From positions 90,334,001 to 90,398,000 of the forward strand of contig NC_043000.1 of assembly GCF_006345805.1 (NCBI RefSeq): 64,000 nucleotides of DNA, given 5' to 3'. This stretch comes from Octopus sinensis (lineage: Eukaryota). Shown here piece after piece: positions 12,979 to 25,244 of this stretch (position 1 is its first letter; the number at the start of each line of letters is the position of its first letter). Position numbers and translations under genes: made by a program. The notes beneath the pieces are model-generated. The model had not been told where the DNA came from, searched no databases, and worked only from the letters and a program-made list of their open reading frames with translations.

Positions 12979-13020
12979 AACTGCTGCTCAGAGTTTCACG
13001 TTCCTGTTCATCGGACAGTT
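12979..13020 (-). ncRNA. Hammerhead-ribozyme-like motif (type I, degenerate: CCGAUGA core, GCA triplet)
   Basis: aactgt-CCGATGA-aca ggaa cgt-GAAAC-t ctg a-G C A-gcagtt; 6-bp stem I, GNRA-capped stem II, short stem III. Confidence 0.55.
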
Positions 13021-13304
13021 TAGATTGACCCCCCCCCCACACGTGTGTATATTAATGATAAGAAGTTATATTTTAGCATTAAAATTTTACTGTAAAATAT
13101 TTGTCAATGTTTTTACTCGGGTGATTTGAACAGAATGTAAAGAGCCGGATGAAATATTATAAAGCCTTGTGTCTGATGCTCTCACGATTCTGCCAGCTCT
13201 CCATTTTTAATCGGCATTTTGTTTTTATTTAATAAGCCTTAAATAGTCCTTTATAGTATATGCATAAGTCATGAAATTTTAGTCAATTACATTCGACCAC
13301 AGAT

Positions 13305-13852
13305 ACTCGAGTGGTACTTATTTCACCGACATCGAAAGGATGAAAGGCAAAGTCGATCTCGGCGGCATTTGAACTCAGAACGTGAAACCGGAAGGGGAGC
13401 CGCTAAGAATTTTGTTTAGGCACGCTAACGATTTTTATTTCCTATTTCTTTATTGCCCACAAGGGGCTAAACATAGAGGGGACAAACAAGGACAAAGGGA
13501 TTAAGTCGAGTACATCGATCTCAGTACACAACTGGTACTTAATTTATCGTCCCCGAAAGGATGAAAGGCAAAGTCGACCTCGGCGGAATTTGAACTCAGA
13601 ACATAACAGCAGACGAAATACCTATTTCTTTATTACCCACAAGGGGCTAAACACAGAGAGGACAAATAAGGACAGACAAACGGATTAAGTCGATTATATC
13701 GATCCCCAGTGCGTAACTGGTACTTATTTAATCGACCCCGAAAGGATGAAAGGCAAAGTCGACCTCGGCGGCATTTGAACTCAGAACATAACGGCAGACG
13801 AAATACCGTTGAGTATTTTGCCCAGTGTACTAACGTTTCTGCCAGGTTCGCC
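13305..13852 (-). mobile_element. SINE family B, tandem multimer (about 3 units)
   Basis: The gaaaggatgaaaggcaaagtcga...gaactcagaac core recurs at about 13333, 13555 and 13740. Confidence 0.8.
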
Positions 13853-14464
13853 AACGATTATGTCCGTGAACTGTCTTAATAAGCACGAAATAACGTTAAC
13901 ATTACCCTTCAGTTATCATAGTCAGTTTGCGGTTGAAGGGAGACAACCTCTTAATTCGAATTGAACGTTGCTAAAGGTAGAACATTACAATCGATTCTAA
14001 TGACAAAAGATGCTTATGTTTGTGTATCACTTTGGATTTAACAGCAGCATCTTACCAGCGTTAATACTAAAGACATCCTGCTTGATAATAAGGATGATAT
14101 TTCAAGATTTATGATCTTATAACCTTTATTTTAAAGACAGTACAGAAGCCGATAGACACATACAAGGGAGGCAACTCCTTACATTGTTGAATTTTATTAA
14201 CATTGAGATTCATCTAAAGTTATGGTGGCGAGCTGACAGAGTTGTTATCTCGTCGGCAGAAAAAATAAGTGCTTAGCGGCATTTCTTCTGAGTCAATAAT
14301 TTATGAGTTCAAATTACAACACCATAAACTTCGCCATTCATCCTTTCGGTGCCAAAATTTGAAACAGATTTTAACGTTATTTCCTTCTGGAAATAATAAA
14401 AAAAGAAGTAAAATTATTAATTTTTTTTACACATAATTCTAACAAGGAATATTCTAGTCTACGC

Positions 14465-14814
14465 CATGGGTTCTTAACCATATTTTATCTATGGGCCTCT
14501 TTGATTTCTATTTTATTCAGGAGGACTCCCATAGTCATTCGATGTTTAAAAACTAGTTTTATAGAAACTTCTTTCAAAATACCTATTTTGTTTTTCACAC
14601 ATAACTTGTGTAGGTTGAATTATGTAAAACATTAGAGAAAGAAACCTAACTGTTTCTTGCAATACATACCAATACAAATATCTTGGGCAGAATTTTTTCA
14701 GGGACCCACAAAATATTATTGGGGATTCCCAATCTATTATTTTGTTGCTTGGACCCCCACCCCAATCTTATATGGACACTCAGGGGCTATACGGACCCTG
14801 GTTGAGAACCACTG
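14465..14814. mobile_element. hAT (Charlie/MER5-like) MITE
   Basis: Ends catgggttcttaacc / ggttgagaaccactg; 8-bp flanks gtctacgc / gtctacac (7/8) close to the Charlie TSD consensus. Confidence 0.7.
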
Positions 14815-15019
14815 GTCTACACTAACAGCAACAACACAAATAGTTGTATATCCATAAACCAGATATTTCAAGCTCCGTTAAAAGGCAATCCAACTTGTTT
14901 TAAAAATTATTATTATTACACACGTGTAAGGATTCAGAGGCGAAGATCCAGTGACGTTAAGTATTTTCAAAGGTTACATACAAAAAGGGGCCTAATAGAT
15001 GTATATAGGTTTAAGACCT

Positions 15020-15305
15020 ACTTCGGCCACAAATGACCATGAAATTGAACCTAGAAAGTTGCCCTCTGAGGCACAAGTTCGGGCAAGATTGTTTGTGGAG
15101 GACCAGCAATCACCCATGCATACCACCCTCCCCTCTCTACACTGTCGATGTTACCCAAGGGAAAGGCAAAGAGTGATACAGCTTGACACCAATGACGTCA
15201 CAATACATTTCTATACCTGAAGCAATGTGAAATAAAATATCTTGCTCAAGAACATTGCTCACGATTGTAAACTTGACGCTCTAACCACTGAGCCTTGCAC
15301 CTTTA
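15020..15305 (-). mobile_element. SINE family C (tail type 1), degenerate
   Basis: Same body as 47228-47572 and 55440-55777. Confidence 0.7.
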
Positions 15306-16326
15306 CTTAATAGTTGTGTAATGGTAGAGTTCTTCGTTGCAGTCGGGGGTCACCAATTGTAACGGTAAATGTAATAGCTGTTGGTTGCCATTTGTAAGAT
15401 GAAAAAACAGTGATCGAAGTTGTAAAGAAATATTTATTCACCGTTACTTTGTATATATCCAAAACCACGACAGGTCGGTATGTAAATGGAAAAGCATGCT
15501 AAGTAAAAAGAGTTAATTTCGGCTGGTATGTGTGTACACATTCTTATTGTAGTAGTAAACCATAGATAGTGATAGTAAGAGAAAAGAAATTGGTCTAGTG
15601 AAAGTTATAGAGTCGAGGGAAATTGCCTTATAGTTGGTTGGTTGTAACCTTCTTTATCCCTCTGGCCATTTGGTCTCTAGTGGCTGCCTGCTTGTGATCA
15701 TGACTCTAGTTGGTCTCTTTTCACTAACTGATGGTCACTCTCACTAACTGATTTTGCCTTACCAAATTCTAGTATTTATAACTATCCAAAACCACCTAGA
15801 AGGATGGACATATTGTTGAGAACAATAGATTTCGTTGGTGGTACCTGTTATATCTCAACTCTAATTTTTGGTGGCCTAGAAGAAGTTAGAAGGGTCAAGT
15901 GGCAAAGACATTATTTTGCTTAGCGAAGGCATCTGGCATATGTATCTGCTGTCGTTCACAGAAAAATTACTGTTTTACCGCGAGAAAAGTGTTGAAATTT
16001 GGCTATCGAGGATCGAATTCACGTTATGCTTGCATGAAGCCACTACAAATGTATAACATTATATTATTCCCAGTGGGCACATAAAATCGTAAAATAAAAT
16101 ATTAATTTAAGGTTCATTATAGAAAGCAAGATAAAAAATATTGGAAGATTTTTGTTGGAAAATGTGCTTGTCGCTGTGTGATAAGATGTTTAAAAACTAG
16201 TTTTGTGGTTCCGGGTTCAGTTTCACCGCGTGACACCTAGGACAGGTGTCTTCTACTATAGTCTTGGACTGATCAAAGGCATGTGAGTGGACTTGGTTGA
16301 CTGAAATTGAAAAATAACCCGTCATA

Positions 16327-16376
<50 letters not shown>

Positions 16377-16401
16377 TACGCACACACACACACACACACA
16401 C

Positions 16402-17778
16402 ATGTATATGGAGGGGGGAAGGATTCACAAAAAGCAAAAGACGAAGGACAATCCGAACACAGACAAGTGTTGAAAAGAGTGACTAGTAGAGCGGAAATGG
16501 CACGAGACCGGGGTGTCATTGTCGAGTCGGATGTTTCGGAGGTGTTCTGCGAACCGGTCAGCCAAGCGGCGTCCCGTTTGCCTGATGTATAGAGAAGGGT
16601 AGAGAGAAAGGAGATGTAGTAGATGAAATTGGTAGAAGTACAGGTGAAGGAGTTGGTGATATGATAGGTTCGATGATGGGTGCCGGTGAGGTGGGTGGTT
16701 TTGGAGAGGAAAGGGCAAGTGCGGCAGCATGGACGGGAGCAGGGGAACGAGCCGGGTTGGGAGCTTGGGTTAGGAAAGAAGCTATGGACCAAGAGATATC
16801 GTAAGTTGTTGGCTCGTTTGAAGGAGGGGAGGGGTCGGTTAGGGAAGATGTGCGAAGTGGAGGGGTCGGACTGGAGTCGCCGGAAGGCTTGGAGAATGGT
16901 GCGTTGGAGAGGTAGGGTGGTGGGGTGGTAGGTGAGAGGAAACGGGAGACGGCGGGGCGGGCGTGGGGGAGAGAGCAGATGCACGGTCCACGGAACGTAC
17001 TCTGACAAGGGCAGTGTGGATAGTAGCGAGGGGATATCCACATAGGATGAAGTGGCGAGCCATGATTTGAGACTGAGTCTCAAAATCATGGTCGTTACCG
17101 AAGGAATTGGGAATAGGGGATGGAAAGCTTGGTGTATTTAGGGTGGGAGGAAGAGAAGTTGAGGTATGAGTGTGAGTCTGTGTGTTTGTAGTGGATGGAG
17201 GTGGTGAGAGTGGAGTGATGAATGCTGACCGAAATGTCAAGAAAGGAGACAGAGGTGTCAGAGATAGGGCAGGAGAAGTGGAGGGCAGGATGGAAAGTTT
17301 TGACAAAAGAGAGGAAGGAGTCTAGATGTTTGCGGGAGAGTGAGGTCGCACCGATACAGTCGTCAATATAACGGCCGTATAATTTGAGGGTGGGACCAGT
17401 GAAACTTGAGAACATTTGGGCCTCAACGTAGCCAACGAACAGGTTAGCATAGTTGGGGCCCATTCTCGTTCCCATGGCCACTCCCGAGGGTTGCTGGTAA
17501 AAATCACCGGCGAACGAGAAGCAGTTGAGGGAGAGGACAAGTTCGGTCAGACGAACGAGTATGGATGTGTCGGGTTGGGGTTGAGTCAAAGGTTAAGGAA
17601 ATGTTGGAGTGCACGCAGCCTCTCGTGGTGAGGGATCACCGTGTAAAGGCTCTGGATGGCGAGAGTGAAGAGAAGTTTAGAGGGGCCAGGAGGGAAGGAG
17701 AAGAGTTGAACAAACAAAGCGCATGGTTGGTGTCATGGACGTGAGAGGGGAGGGAAGCCACTAGGGGGACAAGGACAC
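16402..17778 (-). mobile_element. Penelope-like element remnant (RT + Cys linker + GIY-YIG endonuclease), frameshifted
   Basis: GVAMGTRMGPNYANLF, RYIDD, FLDISV, YKHTDSHSYLNFSSSHP, PCSRPCCRTCP and LYIRQTGRRLADRFAEH are spread over several frames; 5'-truncated and flanked by (CA)n and (TA)n. Confidence 0.9.
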
Positions 17779-17889
17779 GGTATATATATATATATATATA
17801 ACAAAATATAGTTTAGTCTACACAAACAGCAACAACTCAAATGGTTGTATATCCATAAACCAGGTATTTCAAGCTCCATTAAAAGGCAG

Positions 17890-18035
<146 letters not shown>

Positions 18036-18262
18036 TGTGTGTAGTTGTTTGTTATGACAGGTCAGAAAGATACCATTTGATTAATGTTTATTAATTACTC
18101 TTAGCAATATAGGCGACTCTCATTAGACATGCTGGCCGGCGACACATAACCTCTTTACTAATGGAGGTAAGAATATATATCACCTACTTCTTGGAGGGCC
18201 TTCTCCCCATCAAACGCTTGACTTCTTTTCGTACATATGTTTATGCATTTTCATTGATAATG

Positions 18263-18344
<82 letters not shown>

Positions 18345-18654
18345 TGGCAATTAAATGGATAAACAAATTAGTCACATCAAATATATTAAATTTGCTTTCT
18401 CTCGTTTTGCATGCATACATATATACATATTTTGTATTTGATGTATTTAATATATTTAATTTATTTGATGTGTCTAATTTGTTTATCCGCATAACTGCCT
18501 CTACACCAGTTCAGCTTGAGCTTATAGCCTTTCGTTACCTTGTGGAATGATCCGCTCTAATGACATCGGAATTTAAGTTTGAATCTTAGCATTACTAAGT
18601 GTCTTCTATACGGAGAATCTCTGAATGGATCTCATCTGTGAACTATATACATAT

Positions 18655-18940
18655 ACTCTTTTACTCTTTTAATCTTTTACTTGTTTCAGTCATTTGACTG
18701 TGGCCATGCTGGAGCACCGCCTTTAGTCGAGCAAATCGACCACAGGACTTATTCTTTGTAAGCCTAGTACTTATTCTGTTGGTGTCTTTTGCCGAACCGC
18801 TAAGTTACGGTGACGTAAACACACCAGCATCGGTTGTCAAGCGATGTTGGGGGGGGGTGGACAAACACAGACACACACATACATACATATACACACACAT
18901 ACATACATACATACATACATACATACATACATACATACAT

Positions 18941-18996
<56 letters not shown>

Positions 18997-19015
18997 CACC
19001 ACACACATATATATA

Positions 19016-19054
<39 letters not shown>

Positions 19055-19231
19055 TATACAAATATATACGACGGGCTTCTTTCAGTTTCCGTCTACCAAA
19101 TCCACTCACAAGGCTTTGGTCGGCCCGAGGCTATAGTAGAAAACACTTGCCCAAGGTGCCACGCAGTTGGACTGAACCCGGAACCACGCGGTTCGTAAGC
19201 AAGCTACTAACCACACAGCCACTCCTACGTC
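18655..19231 (-). mobile_element. SINE family A, full length with expanded internal microsatellite
   Basis: Tail ttttacttgtttcagtc to head ccacacagccactcctacgtc. Confidence 0.85.
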
Positions 19232-19568
19232 TAAATAATAATGTAAACGCTTCCACAAATAAAATTGCCCTTCATTTTTGAAGCTCCGGTGAAGCTATAG
19301 GGTGATATACAAGCACTGAAGTATGAGCGCATTTCATCTTTAGTAGGAACAGTTGTAAGCTAACAAAGTTCATGACAATTTTTAGAGATTATTTCCCTTC
19401 CTCATATGGAACTGGTCTCAATTGCTATTTGATAATTGTGACACATCCTCTACAGGTGGAGATAATTTTGATAAATCAAGAACTTATGTTGGTCACTTGG
19501 AGTTATTTCTCTTTGTTTATTTTCAATGAACGTGCGTGCATCTGTGTGTGTGTGTGTTTGATATTTAC

Positions 19569-19689
19569 CGTAGTCCAGTTGGGAACAATTCTGGTATGTA
19601 AAGCCAATTAACAAGAAAAGATCCGCTGATGCCAAACATGCCAATCAATGAAAAGATGGTAGCCGCCATAACAGCATACGAATCTTCAC
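19569..19689 (-). CDS. SLC22-like transporter exon 8 (TM10, ELFPT motif)
   Basis: ttccag|GT GAA...CTA CG|gtaaat; EDSYAVMAATIFSLIGMFGISGSFLVNWLYIPELFPTGL(R). Absent from the ORF track. Confidence 0.92.
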
Positions 19690-19849
19690 CTGGAATGTAT
19701 TAAAATGATATTGATAAGGACAATACTAAGAATAACCAAAGTGGGAAGAAAAATAATGCATTTCAAGACTTATAGCCATTGGTCAAGCAATAAGTCACGA
19801 TACAGCCTCTATGTATTCCATATAAATAATTGGATCTTTTTTGTTTGGC

Positions 19850-21530
19850 TGTACCTGTGAAAATTTCAGTTTAGTGAAAACTTAAAAATTTGGTGTATTG
19901 ATGTAATTTTCCACGCTGAATCTCGGGTGGTATTTCACTTTTTCCAGAAAAAATTTAAAAAATGAGTTATAGAGGTTTAAAATTTAATAGTTTTTTTTAC
20001 CCAGTCAGAAAACAGGATTTGTGCGTGACTGCACGAGTTGTCCTATTGTAGTGATCGGTGTTGGGTGCTTGTATATGTTCTAATGACTTTTTAGTTACTC
20101 TGTGTTATATTTGTTACAAATTCTTGTAGTAAGTTGCACTTAAAGTGTAAATAACTTGTTATTTCAATTCCAGGCCAAGATGGGTAAACAAAGTGATCTT
20201 TGTCTCCATTGAATTAGACAAATAGAAGTGTATTTGAGGGATACATCAATTAAACAGAGAGAAATTGCATTGCAAAGAAGCTAAATGTTTCAACTCAGAC
20301 AATTAGTGCAATTAAGAAAAAAAATGGAAAAGAGCAAAGATTTCATGGTAAAAAGGGTTGGTAACTGTGGTAGGAAACGAGTAACAACCCCTAGGATTAA
20401 TAGAAAAGTAAAAAAAGAATTTCTCTCAATAATAGAAGAGCATCTTATAGTAAGATTTTCCGCAAATTAATGGAACATTAATGTGCATGGAAGAACAATT
20501 AACAACAGACTTTTAGAAGGTGGATTACACGCATATCATCTAAGGAAAAAACAAACATGCATGGGCTAAAAATCACATTGCAAGGACTTCTGAGCAATGG
20601 GAGCAGGTAAGAGTATCTAAAATAGTGGATTAGAGTCTTTATGTATTGTATCCATGATAAAATATAATATTATTGATAAAATAAAGATGTTACCATTGAT
20701 TTCAGTCATCAAACCAGCTTTACAAAGGATTATTTAAAAATGGCTATTAATTTCTGATTGTGATAGACTGAAACAATAACTTATTCTGGATGTCCTATTA
20801 ATCAAATATGGTTTTCAATTGTTGCAGGTGGTGTTTTCGGATGAATCCACTATAGCAATACTCAATGATCGGGTGTAAAGTGCGAGAAGGAGGCTTGGCG
20901 AAGAATTTCGTCCGGATTATCTTCGAAAAAACACTAAAATTTCCACAGAAGTTAATGGTTTGGGGGACAATTTCTGCCCATGGAACTAGTCGCCTGAAAA
21001 TAATTGAAGGTTCTATGAATCAAGAGAACTACATAGAGGTACTTAGAAATTAGAAGTAGAGTAATACCACAAGTACGGGAATGGTATGGGGACAGGTCTT
21101 GGATATTCCAACAGGACTCAGCACCATGCCATACAGCAAAATCGGTAAAGACATGGTTAGCCGAAAATGCTGTTAACGTACTTCCATGGTCAGGAAATTC
21201 ACCTGACATGAATCCAATTGAGAGCCTATAGTGTCTGTTGAAAGATGAAATACAACAATCTCCTATTACTACCAAATGCCTCCTTATTGAGCACCTCATA
21301 CAAGTTTGGTTCCATTGGGACAGAATCAAGGATTTGTGCAGAATGCTAGTTCGTGGCATGCCTCGACGTATACAAGCCCTTAATTCTACTAGAGGAGGGT
21401 AAACTGAAATACTAGTTCTGTGTAAGTAATAGGAAATAAATTATCTGCCGATACATAAATTTAGTTTATTTTACCTCTATTTATAGAAATACCAAAAATG
21501 TCAAAAACCCATAATAATGTTTCCAGTATT

Positions 21531-21531
<1 letters not shown>
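19850..21531 (+). mobile_element. Tc1-like DNA transposon (DD34E), decayed, intron-containing transposase
   Basis: ATG 20180 (MGKQSDL); WEQ|VVFSDES across a GT-AG intron 20607-20827; LMVWG; FQQD-34 aa-E (NSPDMNPIE); multiple stops and frameshifts; right end ccagtattg. The left end is unresolved. Confidence 0.85.
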
Positions 21532-21580
<49 letters not shown>

Positions 21581-21638
21581 TGTGTGTGTGTGTATTTAAG
21601 ATTAGGTTCCTTGGATAAGAATCACAAAGGGGACTTAC

Positions 21639-21724
21639 TTGAACTCATACGAAGTATAACTGCAACAATTAGACTTCCACCGGCGATACTCTGGAAAAGA
21701 ATACACGTTTTCTTCCGTCCAATT
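21639..21724 (-). CDS. SLC22-like transporter exon 7 (TM9)
   Basis: ttcttcag|A ATT GGA CGG AAG...TCA A|gtaagt; (R)IGRKKTCILFQSIAGGSLIVAVILRMSS. Confidence 0.9.
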
Positions 21725-23404
21725 CTGAAGAAAGAAAAGTAAATGCTAGCATATCTCAACTTATGTCTGTTATTGGTTCCAAGATACGCGAATTAACTCG
21801 GAAAACGACGTAACGTGAAATAGTGTATATCTGTTTTAATAAATGGTTTGTGTATATTTTCGCACGTATTTTATTTGATTTTTTTCCACTCCAGTATTGG
21901 TTTTCTGGAGCTTTTTAAAAATCTGTATGCTTTTAAATATTTTCGCCGAGGGCGACATAAAGTCGGAAGTTGAGTTTTATTTTCCCATTACTTTCTTAAA
22001 AGCACCAGAAAAAAGAAAGAGAAGCCAACTTGAAGTCGAAAAAGACGTAACGCGAAACAACGTAATTTGAGGGATGCCCGTGTTCTTATATAACAGAACT
22101 TATTGATTTCTATTGAGAAAAGGCACAAGACCGCAAATTTAGAGAAGGGGAATTTTGTCTTGAATATTTTAAAGTCAGAAGTGCATCGGCTGTGAATCGT
22201 TTAAATTATCTACATGACTGAAAAGATGAAAAGGGGATTTTAGTCTTAAAGCCAGGATACTGGCAGATGCTTGCAGTAGGGTGGATTCTATTAAGGACTC
22301 TCACTCCATGGCCCTGTTGGTGGTGGTTGTTAAACTGAATGTATTAAGTGTATGTTTGTCCCTATAACACAAACCGTATATGAGATTCTATCAAACTATT
22401 GTAGTTGTCGTTATCAATACAACAACAACAACAACGACGACAACAACAACAAAACAGCCTGTGGCGCTTGAGACGTTTGGAGGAGCTGGGCCGCCAGCGA
22501 AATGTTTTTCCCACGAGTATTCCGGACTCCAGTAATGAACTCATTTGCATACAGCCAATCAGAGCTCACCTTGACCTTGCTGTCGCCGCTCAGCTCTCAG
22601 ATGATACCTAGACGCAAAGTCCAACATAACGTTCGTGAATGTGTCAAAAACAACCAATCTCTTGGTAAAACAAACCCTACCAAGTAAACTCAAGACAAAG
22701 AACGGTGTTGTAAGTCGACCGATCACCAAGTTATGCCTGATTTTAGAAAGAAACAAGTAATTAGATAGATTTGCATCTATACCTATTGTCGGATTTTGTT
22801 AGGGCCCCATCTAGTAAAGATGTGGATGGGGAAAATGTGGGTAGAGGGTGATGTGTTAGCAACCCTCTCCCCTTACTGTTTTACAAAGTAAAACAACACA
22901 AATAACTACGCAGAGGCAGCCATGGTTGAAACAAGAACAAAAAACAAGCATTATTAAAAGAGAAAGAGGCATGGTCATTCCTTACCCAAGTGACCTTATC
23001 TTGTCACCCATCACTTGTTATGCGCTCATAAATTAGTTGGGTAGTCGAGCTCCGATTGGCTGTATGCAAATGAGTTCATAACTGGGGGTCCGGAACTCTC
23101 GTGGGAAAAAATTTTCGCGGGCCACCAACGGCGAAGTTCTTGTCATCGTTGGCGGCTTGCCTTACCGAGGTGCTCGGTGATGCCCGTGAGGGTGCTTGGC
23201 TCACCATACCCCGTGGTAATTCCGCAAGCTTCTTGGCTTCCTTCAGTAGGTCCCGTTCAACCTTCAATTGACGCCTGATGTTGAATTGATGCCTTTTTCT
23301 TCTCTTTCTTTTTCTTTCTTTGTTCCTCTTTTTCCATTTTTTCTCCCAGTTTACAATTTGTATTTTTAATGTGTTTTTTGTATTATATATGTATTCTTTT
23401 ATTT

Positions 23405-23808
23405 TTTATTTCTTTTACTTTTATTTGTTTCAAGTCATTTGACTATGGCCATGGTGGAGCACCTCCTTAAAGGGTTTTAGTTGAAAAAATCGACCCCAGG
23501 ACATATTCTTTATAAGCCTAGTACTTATTCTATCGGTCTCTTTTGCCGAACTGCTAAAATACGGGACGTAAACACACCTACATCGGTTGTCAAGCGCTGG
23601 TGGGGGGACAAACACAGACACAAAGACACACTCATACACACAGAGACCGCAGGCTTCTTTCAGTTTCCGCCTACCAAATCCACTCAAAAGGATTTGGTCT
23701 GCCCGAGGTTATAGTAGTAGACACTGCCCAGAGTGCCACGCTGTGGGACTGAACCCAGAACGACGTGGTTGGGAAGCAAGCTTCTTACCACACAGCCACG
23801 CCTGCGCC
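23405..23808 (-). mobile_element. SINE family A, full length
   Basis: Head ccacacagccacgcctgcgcc and canonical tail. Confidence 0.85.
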
Positions 23809-23844
23809 TACATGTTATATTCCAATAAAAAAAATGTGACTTAC

Positions 23845-23979
23845 CTTATTAATAGTTTCAGAGCTAGAACTTGAGAAGGGAATTCAGCCAAGGCGTATAA
23901 GAAGAAATTTAAATATCTGTTTCCTGCTAAAGTTTCCGATGTGAAGTAAAGTCCGTAATAAACCAGGGTGTTAACAAAC
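23845..23979 (-). CDS. SLC22-like transporter exon 6 (TM7-TM8)
   Basis: cttgcag|G TTT...ATA AG|gtaagt; (W)FVNTLVYYGLYFTSETLAGNRYLNFFLYALAEFPSQVLALKLLI(R). Absent from the ORF track. Confidence 0.93.
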
Positions 23980-24029
23980 CTGCAAGACATCACAAGTTAA
24001 TATAGATTCTATGTTTATTATATTATATA

Positions 24030-24585
24030 GGCATACGCGTGGCTATGTGGTAAGAAGCTTGCTTCCCAACCACATGGTTCCGGGTTCAGTCCCACTGCAT
24101 GGTACATTAGGCAGGTGTCTTCTACTATAGTCTCGGGCCGACGAAAGCCTTGTGAGTGGATTTGGCAGACGGAAACTGAAAGAAGCCCGACGTATGTATA
24201 TATATATATATATATATGGTTCCGGGTTCAGTTCCACTGCGTGGCACCTTGGGGGAGTGTTTTCTTCTATAGCCTCGGGCCAACCAAAGCCTTGTGAGTG
24301 GGTTTGGCAGACCGAAACTAAAAGAAGCCCGCCGTATATATATATATTTATGTGTGTGTGTGTCTTTATGTCTGTGTTTGTCCCCCCACCATCGCTTGAC
24401 ATTTGACGTTGGTGTGTTTACGTCCCCCTAGCATAACGGTTCGGCGAAAGAGACCGATAGAGTAATTACTTGGCTTGCAGAGAATAAGTCCAGTGGGCGA
24501 TTTCTTCCAAGTAAAAAAAAAACCCTTTAAGGTGGTGCTCCAGCATGGCCGCAGTCAAATGACTGAAACAAGTAAAAAAAATAAA
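24030..24585 (+). mobile_element. SINE family A with duplicated 5' half
   Basis: The ggttccgggttcagt...aagaagcccg segment occurs twice (about 24075 and 24218), separated by (TA)n. Confidence 0.8.
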
Positions 24586-24617
24586 ATAATTATAGAAGTA
24601 TCCTAGGTCATATTCCT

Positions 24618-24818
24618 TTTTATCTTTTACTTGTTTCAGTCATTTCACTGCGGCCATGCTGGGGCACCGCCTTGAAAAGTCGAACCGATTGACCCCAGTA
24701 CCTTTTTAAAGCCTAATACTTATTCTATCTTTCTCTTTTACCGAACCGCTAACCTATGGGGACGTAAACAAACCAACACTGGTTGTCAAGCAGTGGTTAG
24801 GAGACAAACACGGATACG

Positions 24819-24889
<71 letters not shown>

Positions 24890-25045
24890 GTACATGACGG
24901 GTTTCTTTCGGTTTCCGTCTTCTAAATTCACTCACAAGGCTTTGGTCGCCCCGAGGCTATAGAAGAGGACACTTGCCCAAGGTGCTTCGCAGATGGACTG
25001 AACCCAGAACCATGTGGTTGGGAAGCAAGCTTCTTACCACAGCCT
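24618..25045 (-). mobile_element. SINE family A
   Basis: Canonical tail and head in reverse with internal (CA)n. Confidence 0.8.
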
Positions 25046-25244
25046 TACAGAAAGTTGTTGGAAAAGTCACATGAGTTATGACCGTCTCCATGCAAAGATG
25101 TAACACTATGTAAAATTTCAGTACTTTGGTGAAATGTTGTAGTTTACGGTTTGGAACTCCCCCCCTCTCTCTCACATACACACACACGCATTCATACAAA
25201 CGGTGCATACATATATACATATATACCTACGCACATACATACGT

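Noticed and set aside
15357-15870. Possible solo LTR (tgtaacgg start, polyA-like signal on minus)
   Set aside because: I could not define a matching CA end or TSD, and there is no second copy in the window.
16328-17589. 253-aa and 164-aa ORFs as a host gene
   Set aside because: They are frameshifted pieces of a Penelope-like RT/GIY-YIG ORF.
19721-19745. caatactaag... as the left TIR of the Tc1 element
   Set aside because: Only 7 bp match the right end exactly and the TA flank is absent, so it was left unresolved.
22608-22736. Stop-free 129-nt AG/GT-bounded segment, phase 2-2, between SLC22 exons 6 and 7
   Set aside because: It is phase-compatible but has no similarity to exon 6 or any SLC22 segment, and its donor (AG|GTATCA) is weak. 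The true TM7-8 exon was found at 23845-23979. Only RNA-seq junctions could rescue it as a cassette exon.
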